In this document: positions 8,700-18,197 of the stretch, one piece after another
Layout of the letters: every line of letters begins with the position of its first letter
Numbering within the stretch: position 1 is the first letter of the stretch
NCBI GenBank assembly: GCA_034417895.1
Contig: DAOULT010000051.1
Coordinates: 4,996-68,995 of the forward strand
DNA length: 64,000 nt
Direction: 5' to 3'
From: Anaerolineae bacterium
Lineage (GTDB): Bacteria > Chloroflexota > Anaerolineae > CAZYHC01
Position numbers and translations under genes: made by a program
The notes under the pieces: generated by a model
What the model was told of the DNA's origin: nothing
Database searches by the model: none
Seen by the model: only the letters and a program-made list of their open reading frames with translations

Positions 8700-9568
8700 C
8701 AGGAAACCGCTCGCCTTTCATAGATTCTTATGTAAATGATGAAATATATCATCAACATTATGAGCATGACGGTGCCGATGCTCGCCCCGTAACCGATGGT
8801 ATAGCTATTCCAGCATTGGCGATACACGTAAACGGGCAGTACGTCCGTAGCGTTTACTGGCCCTCCGCCGGTAGCCAGGTAAACGAAGTCGAAATTGTTG
8901 AAGGTCCAAAGCACGTGGATGGTGACCATGACGATGATCATACTGCGAATGCCGGGGAGGGTTACGTGTATAAACCTTTGCCAGGCATTGGCCCCGTCAA
9001 TTTCGGCCGCTTCGTAATAGCTCTTTGGTATGGCCTGCATGGCCGCCAGAAAAGCTACTCCATAAAAAGGGACGTTTCTCCATAGATGAAGAAGCATGAT
9101 AAAAGGCAGGGCAGCATGAAGATCTCCGAGCCAGTATTTATTCAGGCTGCCCAATCCTATCAATTTGAGGACGATGTTTATTAATCCAATATCCGGTTGA
9201 GCCATGAATTTAAACATGATCACCGTGGCCGCCACCGGAATCACCCAGCTAGCCATGATGATGCTTTTGAACACCGACATTCCAGGGAGCTTCTGTTGCA
9301 TGGCCCAGGCCAAAATCAAACCCAATACGAGCTGAAGCAAAACGACTAGAGCAGTCAGCAAAATAGAGTGATACAAAGAGATCCAAAAGATTTCATCAGA
9401 AAGTAGCCGCACAAAATTCGCCAGCCCCACGAACCGGACGGTCTCTTTTAGCAGATGGGTGTTGGTAAAAGCCATCCGCAGGCCATCCAGGAGGGGATAA
9501 ACCGTGAAAAGGGCCATGATAAGCAGGGCGGGGAGGAGCAAGAAAAGTCCTTTGTGTCTTTCCTTCAT
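8699..9568 (-). CDS. Carbohydrate ABC transporter permease (MalF/UgpA-like).
   Basis: AAEIDGANAWQRFIHVTLPGIRSMI motif. The start is set at ATG 9568 (MKERHKGLFLLL). The track ORF start at 9649 is a TTG, and an ATG at 9634 is an alternative. Confidence 0.8.
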   Translation of the reverse strand: MKERHKGLFLLLPALLIMALFTVYPLLDGLRMAFTNTHLLKETVRFVGLANFVRLLSDEIFWISLYHSILLTALVVLLQLVLGLILAWAMQQKLPGMSVFKSIIMASWVIPVAATVIMFKFMAQPDIGLINIVLKLIGLGSLNKYWLGDLHAALPFIMLLHLWRNVPFYGVAFLAAMQAIPKSYYEAAEIDGANAWQRFIHVTLPGIRSMIIVMVTIHVLWTFNNFDFVYLATGGGPVNATDVLPVYVYRQCWNSYTIGYGASIGTVMLIMLMIYFIIYIRIYERRAVS

Positions 9569-9737
9569 CTTAAAATTGTGGTAACTCCCTATATGATGTG
9601 CGATATTATATTTAATGGGGCATGCCAGAGACATGCCCCATTTTCTCAATAGGAGACATTTATCGTGAGTCCAGACAAAACGCTGCTTTTAGGCTTTATG
9701 TCTCAACTCACTCCTTGAGTTTATGAAGCAGCCTCAA

Positions 9738-11057
9738 TTACAGCTCTTCGTTTTCCTTCAATTCCATGATTCTGTCATAAAGCCATTGGGCTGCTTCTTG
9801 CGGTGTTTTCTCATCGTAGATAACGTAGTTCACCGCTCTCAGGTTGGCTTCGCTCACCGGACCCCAGTTTATGGGGGCCATGGCTACGGACTTGGGAAGC
9901 TCGTTGGCGAAACCCTGGATCCACCAGCCGATATCGCTCTCGGTAAACACTTCCATTTCCAGGGAGTCCATGCGGGCCGGAATGCCGCCGGACTCAGCCA
10001 GCCATTCTCCCATCTTTTCCTTGGAGGTGATGTACTTGATCAGTTCCCAGGCCTCGTCTATGTTCTTGGAATAGCTGTTCAGCATGATGGGCTTCACTTC
10101 CAGGTAGGTGGCCGGTATCCCGTCTTCGCTGGCGGGTAAGGCGGTGATGGCCGTTTTGTTTTCCAGGATATCTCTGGCGATATCGCTTTCATCCCTTCTT
10201 CCCCACAGCCAGGGGCCCATAGGGGCCATAGCCCATTTGCCGGCCACATAGCCGGGGTCTTCTACCGGCCAGCCGGTGCCGCGCACGTTCGGATCGCAGG
10301 CCGGGTACTCAACCTCCTCGAACAGCGCATCGTACAGAGCTAACACTTTTTCGAACTGCTCGACGGTGCCGTTGAATTGCACTTCTCCGTCTACAACCTC
10401 GAACATGTTCTGCTTCTCGCTCACCTGGTAGTACCAGGAGATAAACTCCTGAGCGGCTCGTGGCCCACCGACCTCGGTGCAGGTGTAGAAACCATGGACT
10501 TCCCCACCGGTCAGTTCGGTAATTTTGCGGGCCGTTTCCACCAGTTCTGTCCAGGTTTCGGGGACCTTAAGATCGTATTCTTCGAAGAGGTCTTTGCGGT
10601 AGATCATGGCCCGCGCATTAGTGTTGTAAGGAATGCCGTAGAGCTTTCCCCCGATCATCAAGGGGGCTAAGGTGCTTTCTACAAACTGTTCGCTGTCCTC
10701 CCAGGCTGCAAACCTGTCGTCCAGAGGCTCGATCAGACCTTTCTGAACGTATACAGCCGTATCTTCCAGCAGCCCTTCGATGACATCGGGCGTCCCGCTC
10801 TTGGCTTGCAGGAGGTACTTATCTCTCTGATCTTTGTACTTGCCCGGCCCGTAGAAATTATCCACAGCAGCGTTGGGCAGGGCCGTTTTGGCATCTTCCT
10901 CCCACTTCAGGACGTATTCGGGCGACACCTCCTGGGTGACGAAGGGCATGTTCCAGAAGGAGAGGCTGACCGGCTCCTGGGCCATGACCGGTACGTAGGC
11001 CGCCAGCATACCCGCCAGGATAACGCCGATCGCCAGGAAATACATGTGCTTTTTCAT
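9738..11057 (-). CDS. Extracellular solute-binding protein, carbohydrate ABC (SBP family 1).
   Basis: Signal peptide. Family-1 sugar SBP length and composition. First gene upstream of two sugar permeases. Confidence 0.8.
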   Translation of the reverse strand: MKKHMYFLAIGVILAGMLAAYVPVMAQEPVSLSFWNMPFVTQEVSPEYVLKWEEDAKTALPNAAVDNFYGPGKYKDQRDKYLLQAKSGTPDVIEGLLEDTAVYVQKGLIEPLDDRFAAWEDSEQFVESTLAPLMIGGKLYGIPYNTNARAMIYRKDLFEEYDLKVPETWTELVETARKITELTGGEVHGFYTCTEVGGPRAAQEFISWYYQVSEKQNMFEVVDGEVQFNGTVEQFEKVLALYDALFEEVEYPACDPNVRGTGWPVEDPGYVAGKWAMAPMGPWLWGRRDESDIARDILENKTAITALPASEDGIPATYLEVKPIMLNSYSKNIDEAWELIKYITSKEKMGEWLAESGGIPARMDSLEMEVFTESDIGWWIQGFANELPKSVAMAPINWGPVSEANLRAVNYVIYDEKTPQEAAQWLYDRIMELKENEEL

Positions 11058-11213
11058 TTTTCTTCCTCCTAAAAGGGTGTGTTACAGATCCAATAGAAAA
11101 CAGCAGGGGAGCTACAGTCTAATCTCGTCTATGAGTATCACCTCCTTGTTAGATATTAGTTAGACTCCGGGTAGTGCTCCATCTTAGGTGACGTCTATCG
11201 TTCTCTTTGGGGT

Positions 11214-12257
11214 CTATGGTTTTGGAAAAATGGAGCTTTCTCGGGCAATCAACTCTGGTTGAAGGGCAATCGTTTTTGGTTCAACAGCCGCTTCCCCTTG
11301 CTGGCTGGCTTCGATAATCCGCACCAATTCCCGCACGGCGATGCAGCCCAGCCTTTGCTGATCGTGGTACAGGGTGGTAAGCGGCGGCCAATAATAGGCT
11401 GATTCGGGTATGCCATCGAAGCCGATCACGGCCAGGTCCTGTGGTATCTGCAATTCTCTGCGGCAGGCCACCTGTAAAACACCCAGGGCCATCTGGTCGT
11501 TGGCTACGAACACGGCTTCCATCTCTGGATATCTATCCAGCAGGCGGCGTATGGCCTGCTCTCCGCTGGCCGAGGACCAGTTGCCCGATTCCCAATGGTG
11601 GTCGGCAACCTCGATACCTGCCTCCGCCAGGGCCTCCTGCCAGCCTGTTTTTCGCTGGCGAGCCTCCCACCACTCCAGCGGCCCGGAGATGTGACCGATG
11701 TGTCGATGGCCCTGTTCCAGGAGGTGCTCTGTGGCGATGCGGCCTCCTGCGTAGTTGTCTACCGAGACGATGGGCAGATCGGGCCGTGTCTCCATGGTAA
11801 GGAAGATCATCGGGACAGATAAACCGGGCGGCTGATCCTTAAGCCACTCTCGATTGTTCCCGACCTCTTGCACGGCCCAGATAATCCCATCCACCTGTCT
11901 GGCAAGCAGCGAATTGAGAAGCGGCTGAACGTCATTGGTGTCAAAGCTGGACAACTCCTTGAGCAGGAGCATATAACCCATCTCCTCAGCCTGCTTCGTA
12001 ATACCGTTGAGGGTACGGGAAGGCCCAACATACTTCAAGCCCGCCGTTACCACGCCCAATGTAAAACTGCGTTGTTGGATCAGGCTGCGCGCGATGGCGC
12101 TGGGTTGATACCCTAGTTCCTCTATCACCCGCTGCACCCGGCGGCGGGTTTTCTCTGCCACGTCGGGCCTGTTATTGATCACCCGGGATACGGTCTGATG
12201 GGACACTCCAACTGCAGCCGCAACGTCTCGGATGGTTACCTTTTTTCCCATGTTCAT
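11214..12257 (-). CDS. LacI-family transcriptional regulator.
   Basis: N-terminal HTH VTIRDVAAAVGVSHQTVSRVINN, followed by a periplasmic-binding-like sugar domain. Confidence 0.9.
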   Translation of the reverse strand: MNMGKKVTIRDVAAAVGVSHQTVSRVINNRPDVAEKTRRRVQRVIEELGYQPSAIARSLIQQRSFTLGVVTAGLKYVGPSRTLNGITKQAEEMGYMLLLKELSSFDTNDVQPLLNSLLARQVDGIIWAVQEVGNNREWLKDQPPGLSVPMIFLTMETRPDLPIVSVDNYAGGRIATEHLLEQGHRHIGHISGPLEWWEARQRKTGWQEALAEAGIEVADHHWESGNWSSASGEQAIRRLLDRYPEMEAVFVANDQMALGVLQVACRRELQIPQDLAVIGFDGIPESAYYWPPLTTLYHDQQRLGCIAVRELVRIIEASQQGEAAVEPKTIALQPELIARESSIFPKP

Positions 12258-12690
12258 TACCTCGTTGGTTTACGTTACCGTTCCCGTTACCGGTAACATT
12301 ATATCACAAAGAAGCGTTTTTGTCAAGGTAATGGTGGCCGCCCTCGGAGCGCCAATCGTTCAGGCCTCCCGATTTTAGGAACTATCCCTGGTAACCCTGC
12401 CTCAGATCGGGAGACCAGCCCCCTGGCCCGTACTTCCCCAGACCCTATTTCTGGTTTCTAATGTTCTGTGCAAGACACTCTGCCTGTTTGAACGGGAGCT
12501 AGAGTCATTATAGCACATAAGCGGGCAATTATCAAGCGCATGTGGGTTAGAATGTTGCTCCAGCCATCCCACGGGCGAAGTTACGCAGAGTCTCGCCCGG
12601 TTTTATTGTTAAAAAGACAGATACACAGAGCCGTCACCCTGGAGAAAGTGACGACTCTTGTTTACATAACTGTGTTCAATTGTGTATTCC

Positions 12691-14574
12691 TTAGACGGCA
12701 GGCACGTCCCACTTTTCGTTGCGGTCCTTGATCAGCCATTCCATATCCAGGTCTCGCAGACTCTCCTCGCCGGGTACCGTAGTATTCACGTCCCAACCGA
12801 TCAACTCCAAAAACTCCTGGTTTATGGTTCTGTAATCCACGGTGACGCCTTTAAGGTTGCCCTCTTCGATAGGTGGTTCACCCACGATGCGGCCCGGCAC
12901 ATTCCGGGTCAAGGGGTTGTGACCCTCGCGCAGGTTGAAGGCGTGACGCATGGTGGCGATGCGCATCCCGGCCTTGTAAATCTCGTCCAGGGTGTAGTCC
13001 CAGCCGGTCACGGCCACAAGCTGTTCGGGCAGACATTGGATGTGGTAGCTGGCGTAGCCGAACATGCACAGGCCGGCTGCCTGGGCCACGTGGTAGGTGG
13101 TCATCCGTCTGTAATGGGGCCTGGCCCGGCCAGTGTGAATGTATTTATCTACCTCGGGCCAATCGACCCCCAGGCCCTCTATCAGCTCTCCGCCCTGGGT
13201 ATGGCGGCCAGGGGTGGCGTCCAGTAGATAAGTGGTAACCAGGCCAGGCACATAACGGGGATCGTGGGCTGCTACTTCTTCGCCCTGAATGTGGATGGCG
13301 TACTCTTCTGCTCCCTGGCCGATCTTTTCGGCGGCCACTTTAGCCCCATCGGCCAGCACCTCTCCGATGCCCTCTCGTTTGGCGATCTTCTCTGTCAGAG
13401 CTACGATAGCCTCCGCGTCACCCCACCGTAGTTCCAGGCCGTCGGTGTCTGCGGTGGTCAGGAGGCCGCGCTCAAAGCACTCGAAGGCCAGGGCTACCGC
13501 CGCGCCCGTGGAGATGGTGTCCAGGCCATGCTCGTTGCAGATTTCGTTGAGCTTGATGAGGGACTCCAGATCGTCGTTCAGCAGGTTGGTGCCGAACATA
13601 GCCAGGGTTTCGTACTCCGGTTTGTGGCCGTAGTGATCGTGCTCGGCCCTCAGGGCGAAACGGCCCGTGTCCAGCCTGACCGTCCCGCCACAACCGATGG
13701 GACAACCCCAGCAATGGTATCGCTTTTCCTGGTAAGCGATGACCGCCTCGTCGCTGATCTTGGAACTTCTCTCCAGGGGGAAGAGAACCGTGCCCGCTCC
13801 GGCCCAGTTCTTGACCGGCGAGTCGCCGCTGATGGCCGACTCGGCGGTGATCTCGCAGGTACCGTAAGCGACCATCCCCTCGTACCAGCCGCCGGCTTCG
13901 GCCATGTATTTCTGGCGCAAAGCTCTGATCCCCTCTTCATCGGCTACAGGTATTTTCAGCCTGCCTTTGACCACCACGGCCTTGAGCCGCTTGCTTCCCA
14001 TGACCGCCCCCAGGCCGGAGCGTCCGGCGGCCCGTCCCTTGTCGTTCATGATGCAGGCCAGCAGGGAACACTGCTCCCCACCTGTCCCAATGGAAGCCAC
14101 CTCCACTTTACCGTGTTCTTCTTTGAGGGTATCCTCCAGCTTGCTGACGTTCATGCCCCACAGGTGCGCGGCGTCCCGTAGCTCGGCTTCCCCTTCGTCG
14201 ATAAGGAGATAGACGGGCTTGTCCGCTATGCCGCTGAACAACACCCCGTCGAAGCCGGCGAACTTCAGGTGGGGACCGAATCGGCCACCACAATTGGCGT
14301 CGCCCCAGGTGTGGGTTTTGGGCGATTTACCGATCACCGTAAAGCGCGAACCGATGAGCGCCGGCGTGCCCGTCAAAGGGCCGGTCGTGAAGCCCAGGAT
14401 GTTGTCCGGCCCCATAGGATCGACCTCGGCGGCCATGCGCTCGTAGAGAAGCCTGGCTCCCACACCATAGCCGCCAATATACTGGCGGCACATCTCTTCA
14501 TCAAGCGCTTCTTCCTCAATTTTACCACTGGAAAGATCAACGAGCAGAATCTTTCCCATGTAACCGCGAGCCAT
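12691..14574 (-). CDS. Aldehyde:ferredoxin oxidoreductase (tungsten-containing AOR family).
   Basis: 627 aa. AOR N-terminal domain MARGYMGKILLVDLSSGKIEEEALDEEMCRQYIGGYGVGARLLYE and C-terminal AOR domain with conserved Cys/Asp residues. Confidence 0.85.
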   Translation of the reverse strand: MARGYMGKILLVDLSSGKIEEEALDEEMCRQYIGGYGVGARLLYERMAAEVDPMGPDNILGFTTGPLTGTPALIGSRFTVIGKSPKTHTWGDANCGGRFGPHLKFAGFDGVLFSGIADKPVYLLIDEGEAELRDAAHLWGMNVSKLEDTLKEEHGKVEVASIGTGGEQCSLLACIMNDKGRAAGRSGLGAVMGSKRLKAVVVKGRLKIPVADEEGIRALRQKYMAEAGGWYEGMVAYGTCEITAESAISGDSPVKNWAGAGTVLFPLERSSKISDEAVIAYQEKRYHCWGCPIGCGGTVRLDTGRFALRAEHDHYGHKPEYETLAMFGTNLLNDDLESLIKLNEICNEHGLDTISTGAAVALAFECFERGLLTTADTDGLELRWGDAEAIVALTEKIAKREGIGEVLADGAKVAAEKIGQGAEEYAIHIQGEEVAAHDPRYVPGLVTTYLLDATPGRHTQGGELIEGLGVDWPEVDKYIHTGRARPHYRRMTTYHVAQAAGLCMFGYASYHIQCLPEQLVAVTGWDYTLDEIYKAGMRIATMRHAFNLREGHNPLTRNVPGRIVGEPPIEEGNLKGVTVDYRTINQEFLELIGWDVNTTVPGEESLRDLDMEWLIKDRNEKWDVPAV

Positions 14575-14602
14575 ATCGTCCCTCCTCTCTTTGCTTATCT
14601 TG

Positions 14603-14827
14603 TTAAAGATGAATGTATGTTACCGCCCGCAAGGATTCAGCGGCAAAAGCTATAGCCGCAAGAATCGCTTCACGAGTGAGACGTGGATGAGCCTCAAGGA
14701 TTTGCTCAAAGGTCTCGCCAGCAGCAATCTTTTCCAAAATGAGTTCAACGGGAATGCGCGTGCCAACGATAACGGGCTTACCCATCATTATTTTGAAATC
14801 AGAGTGAATGTAGTTTTGCCAGTCCAT
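14603..14827 (-). CDS. DUF433 domain protein (antitoxin-like small HTH protein), orphan.
   Basis: MGKPVIVGTRIPVELILEKIAAGETFEQILEAHPRLTREAILAAIAFAAE matches the DUF433 consensus. No DUF5615/PIN partner ORF is nearby. Confidence 0.75.
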   Translation of the reverse strand: MDWQNYIHSDFKIMMGKPVIVGTRIPVELILEKIAAGETFEQILEAHPRLTREAILAAIAFAAESLRAVTYIHL

Positions 14828-15111
14828 TTCTCACCTACGCAGTTATTATACCGCGTTTTGCCCTATTTGTACAGAAGCCATACATAGCAGAACGAACGGT
14901 CAACAGATTAAAAAACGGATTTAATAGATATGATGCGATACAATCTGTTAAATCCGTTTGCAATCCGTTGACCGCTTATCTCGCTTCGCGCTCTATAAAG
15001 AATTAGAGCTTCCTCGTTTCCCGGACGACAAAAGAGTCGTGCATAATTAAAACGCAATGGACTGATTCGGGATAACGAGGAAGCTCCAAACGAGAGCGAG
15101 GGCGGCTAGAG

Positions 15112-15250
15112 CGATAACTGCGACGTGAGATGGACGGTGGCGGCGATGCGAGCTGGACGATGGCGGTGACGTGAGATGGATGGCGGCGGCGACGTGAGCT
15201 GGACGATGGCGGCGATGTGAGATGGATGGTAGCTGCGACGTGAGACGAAA
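15112..15250. repeat. Three tandem degenerate copies of a ~45-bp unit (gYgaYgtgagatggaYggYRgcKgcgaYgYgagctggacgatggcg) in a ~600-bp non-coding region. The region also holds strong inverted repeats at ~14925..14965 (aacggatttaa/ttaaatccgtt) and ~14990..15075 (gagcttcctcgtt/aacgaggaagctc).
   Basis: Read directly. No spacer-like unique inserts, so it is not CRISPR. Confidence 0.7.
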
Positions 15251-15640
15251 CTACGATGCTCTCGCTGAAAAAGGAAGGCGGCTACGATGTAGACTTCAGC
15301 GTTCCCTCTTTCTCACTCTGACGGCTGCTTGTGCCAGTTGGCGTCTGGTCGCCACAAACAGGTATAAAGCTCCCACTACAATCAATATTGTCAACACATA
15401 ACTTGTCCTTTTTGACTTAACGCTCGGGGCGTTTTACCCGCCGGTTACATCTCCACTATACCATTTTTGGGGCCGTTTGTAAATAGGAAAATTTTCCTAT
15501 TGTGCCCGACTTCGTGAACCTGAGCGTTGGCTTAAAGTCCAGATGGTGGTACGATCCTCTTGTCCCTTGTATTATACCACATCCACCTTCCAACGGCCTT
15601 ACAAAATGCTCCCCGGACCTTCCAAAAACCTTCCAATTTC

Positions 15641-17095
15641 CTACTTTGCCAGGAGCCACTGGCGGTAAACTTCGTCCAGGCTCAGGCCGCATGCCTGTTG
15701 GGCCACATTCATAAAGTCCTGGGGGCTGACCAGCCGATATTTATACTCCCGCAGGTAGCGGCGCATGATGGTCAGATAGGCGTCATCGCCCACCTTCTGG
15801 CGCAGGGCGTTAAAGAAGAGCGCTCCTTTGGCGTAAACAATCACCTCGTAATTATCGGCGAAGGCGGCGGCTGGTTGATCGAGCACGGCGTCACGTCCTC
15901 GCCGGGCGGCGCTTTCGTAAGGGATGAGCCACCGCGTGCGCACCAGTTCCTCGGCTGCGGCCCGACCGTGGACCATCCGATAATAGTAGATGGTGGAGTA
16001 TTCTGTCAGCCCCTCGTCCAGCCAGGGGTGGTTCAGTGGGTCGCTGCCGACCTGGTTGTACCACCACTGGTGTCCAACTTCGTGGGCGATCAGAAACTCC
16101 AGGTCTTTCCGCCACTCCCGATAGAGATCGATGCCTATCAAGGACAGGCCCGGATACTCCATGCCTCGATAGGTCAGGGGCGCTTCGACCACCTCGAACT
16201 CGCGGTAGGGATAGGGGCCGAAACAGTCGTTGTAGACTTTAAGGGCCGCAGCCGCATACCACAGAGCCGACTGGCCGGCCTTTTCGTCCTGGGGGAGATA
16301 ATAGGAGTTGATGGTGGTGCCCTGGGCCACGCTGCTTTGAACCTGAAAATCCTGGCTCATGAGCAGGGCAAAGTCGCGGGCCGGGCCGCTGACACAGCGC
16401 AGGGTGCGGCGTCCCTCGGCGCTGTCTTCCACCTCCAGCACCGAGCCGGAGGTGACTGCTATCATCTCCGTCGGCACGGTAACGTCTACCTGGTAGAGGG
16501 CTACCTGGCTGTAAACGGCGTCGGCGTAGGCCGGGGCTATATCCAGTCGCCAACCTCCATTTTTGTCGTAGTCCTGGTCGTGGACGGCCAGCATGGGGTA
16601 GAAACTGGGCAGACTGAAGATGCCCTGGCTGTAGCCGAAGAGGACGTAACCTGCATCTTTCTGGGGAATCTCGACCGTGAAACTCAACTCGATCTCGAGG
16701 GTCTCGCCGGGGGGCAGGGGAGTGTCCAGGGCGAGCTTAAGGGCGGTGTCTTCGGCCTCGTAGGAGAAAAGGGTTTCCTGTTCGTTCACGGTCGCCTCAT
16801 GGAGGCGCGCCTGGCCTCCATAAGTGGGCAGGTTAGGGTAGAGCCTGAAGTAGATTTCGCTTAGCTTCACCCCTTCCAGGTTAGTGTATTCCAGGCGTTG
16901 GCGGCCAGTCAGTAGCAGAGCGTCCGTATCAATTGCGGCCTCAATGTGATAGAGGGGGATCGGGCCTGAGACCTCTACGTCGTCCTGGGCGGCGGGCATC
17001 AGGGCTTGTTTGTAGGGAGCCAGGTTGCGGCCCGCCTCCTTACAGCCTGGGATCAGTATCAAGACACAAATGAGAACCAGGATATGTGTTTTCAT
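15641..17095 (-). CDS. M1-family zinc metallopeptidase (aminopeptidase N-like), lipoprotein.
   Basis: HEVGHQWWYNQVG...WLDEGLTEY gives HEXXH-(18)-E gluzincin motif. N-terminal lipobox LILIPGC. Confidence 0.75.
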   Translation of the reverse strand: MKTHILVLICVLILIPGCKEAGRNLAPYKQALMPAAQDDVEVSGPIPLYHIEAAIDTDALLLTGRQRLEYTNLEGVKLSEIYFRLYPNLPTYGGQARLHEATVNEQETLFSYEAEDTALKLALDTPLPPGETLEIELSFTVEIPQKDAGYVLFGYSQGIFSLPSFYPMLAVHDQDYDKNGGWRLDIAPAYADAVYSQVALYQVDVTVPTEMIAVTSGSVLEVEDSAEGRRTLRCVSGPARDFALLMSQDFQVQSSVAQGTTINSYYLPQDEKAGQSALWYAAAALKVYNDCFGPYPYREFEVVEAPLTYRGMEYPGLSLIGIDLYREWRKDLEFLIAHEVGHQWWYNQVGSDPLNHPWLDEGLTEYSTIYYYRMVHGRAAAEELVRTRWLIPYESAARRGRDAVLDQPAAAFADNYEVIVYAKGALFFNALRQKVGDDAYLTIMRRYLREYKYRLVSPQDFMNVAQQACGLSLDEVYRQWLLAK

Positions 17096-17163
17096 TAGTG
17101 GGTGCCATTGTGGGCGCCGATGAGGTGACAGCTAAGGGCCGGGCGAGGGAGGATAGGGGCTTT

Positions 17164-18195
17164 TTAGCCTTTGACGGCCCCGACCAGCAATCCACGGGCG
17201 ATGTAGCGTTCCAGAGCAATAGCCATGCCGATGACCGGGATGATCATGAGCAGGATCAGGACGGACATGTACCACCACTGCGGTCCCCGGGTGGCGTTCT
17301 GGGCCGCCACCGTCAGCGGCAACGTCTGAGATTTGGCCCCCGACAGGAACAGGGCCAGCAGGTACTCGTTCCAGGCGAAAACCAGCACGAACAGAAAGGT
17401 GGCGACCAGGCCCGGCACGGCAAGGGGCAGCACAATGGACCAGAAGATCCGATAGGGTGAGGCCCCGTCGATGGCGGCGCACTCTTCCAGCTCAATGGGG
17501 ATGGTCTGGAAGTAGTCGCGCATCAGCCAGACCACGATGGGCAGGTTAGTAGCCAGGTAAGTTATAATCAGGGCCACCTGGGTATCCAGCAGATTCAACC
17601 GTTGAAACAACACGTATATGGGGATCACCACGGCCACCGGGGGCAACATGCGTTGGGAGATCAGCCAGAAAGCAATGTCCCGGTTAGCCAAAGCGCGCTG
17701 GAAGCGCCGGCCAATCGTTTGCAATAATATGATAAATAAGATGCCGCCGGCGATCAGAGCTAGCTGCCAGGGCACGCCCAGGGTGATGGCGAAGATGGTC
17801 ACTGCCAGGCAGCCGATAAAGGTCAGGATCGCGCCCAGGCGTGGCCGGTACTGAAAGCGCGTCAGGCCATAGGCCGCCGCCGTCCCCAGGAACAGGGCCA
17901 GCCCGGCGCTGGTGGGAGCGACCACGACCGTGTTGATGTAGTTTCGCCTGGTATCGTTGCTCAAATCGCCAACCAGGATGTAGTCCCAGGCGTGCAGCGA
18001 GGGTTGGAAATCAACGCCAGGCAGATAAAACGGCCCGTCGTTCACATCTATAGGCAGCTTGAACGAGGTAATAAGAAGCCAGTAGAGCGGGAATAGCACC
18101 ACTAAGGTCCATATCCCCAAGGCCAGGTATGTCAGCGCCATCTCTGCGGGAGATGGAGTGGAGAGCGATCTGCGCCGGAACAGTAATTTAATCAT
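17164..18195 (-). CDS. Carbohydrate ABC transporter permease (MalG-like).
   Basis: ELEECAAIDGASPYRIFWSIVLPLAVP EAA loop. The start is trimmed to MIKLLFRRR (ATG ~18195), giving a 4-nt overlap with the upstream permease stop. The track ORF start at 18318 overlaps the neighbour by 120 nt. Confidence 0.75.
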   Translation of the reverse strand: MIKLLFRRRSLSTPSPAEMALTYLALGIWTLVVLFPLYWLLITSFKLPIDVNDGPFYLPGVDFQPSLHAWDYILVGDLSNDTRRNYINTVVVAPTSAGLALFLGTAAAYGLTRFQYRPRLGAILTFIGCLAVTIFAITLGVPWQLALIAGGILFIILLQTIGRRFQRALANRDIAFWLISQRMLPPVAVVIPIYVLFQRLNLLDTQVALIITYLATNLPIVVWLMRDYFQTIPIELEECAAIDGASPYRIFWSIVLPLAVPGLVATFLFVLVFAWNEYLLALFLSGAKSQTLPLTVAAQNATRGPQWWYMSVLILLMIIPVIGMAIALERYIARGLLVGAVKG

Positions 18196-18197
18196 CC

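Noticed and set aside
15112-15250. Possible CRISPR array.
   Set aside because: The repeats are contiguous, degenerate 45-bp units with no intervening unique spacers, and no cas genes are nearby. This is a tandem repeat, not CRISPR.
15560-16864. 434-aa plus-strand ORF, plus other long plus-strand ORFs (5701..6747, 21673..22656, 33201..34349, 34729..35514, 47599..48159, 54128..54859, 54942..56327, 57666..58352).
   Set aside because: All lie antisense to well-supported minus-strand genes (M1 peptidase, livK-like, secreted protein, FtsX permease, mgtE, GT-C genes). Their Arg/Gly/Pro/Ala/His-rich low-complexity composition is typical of high-GC antisense frames.
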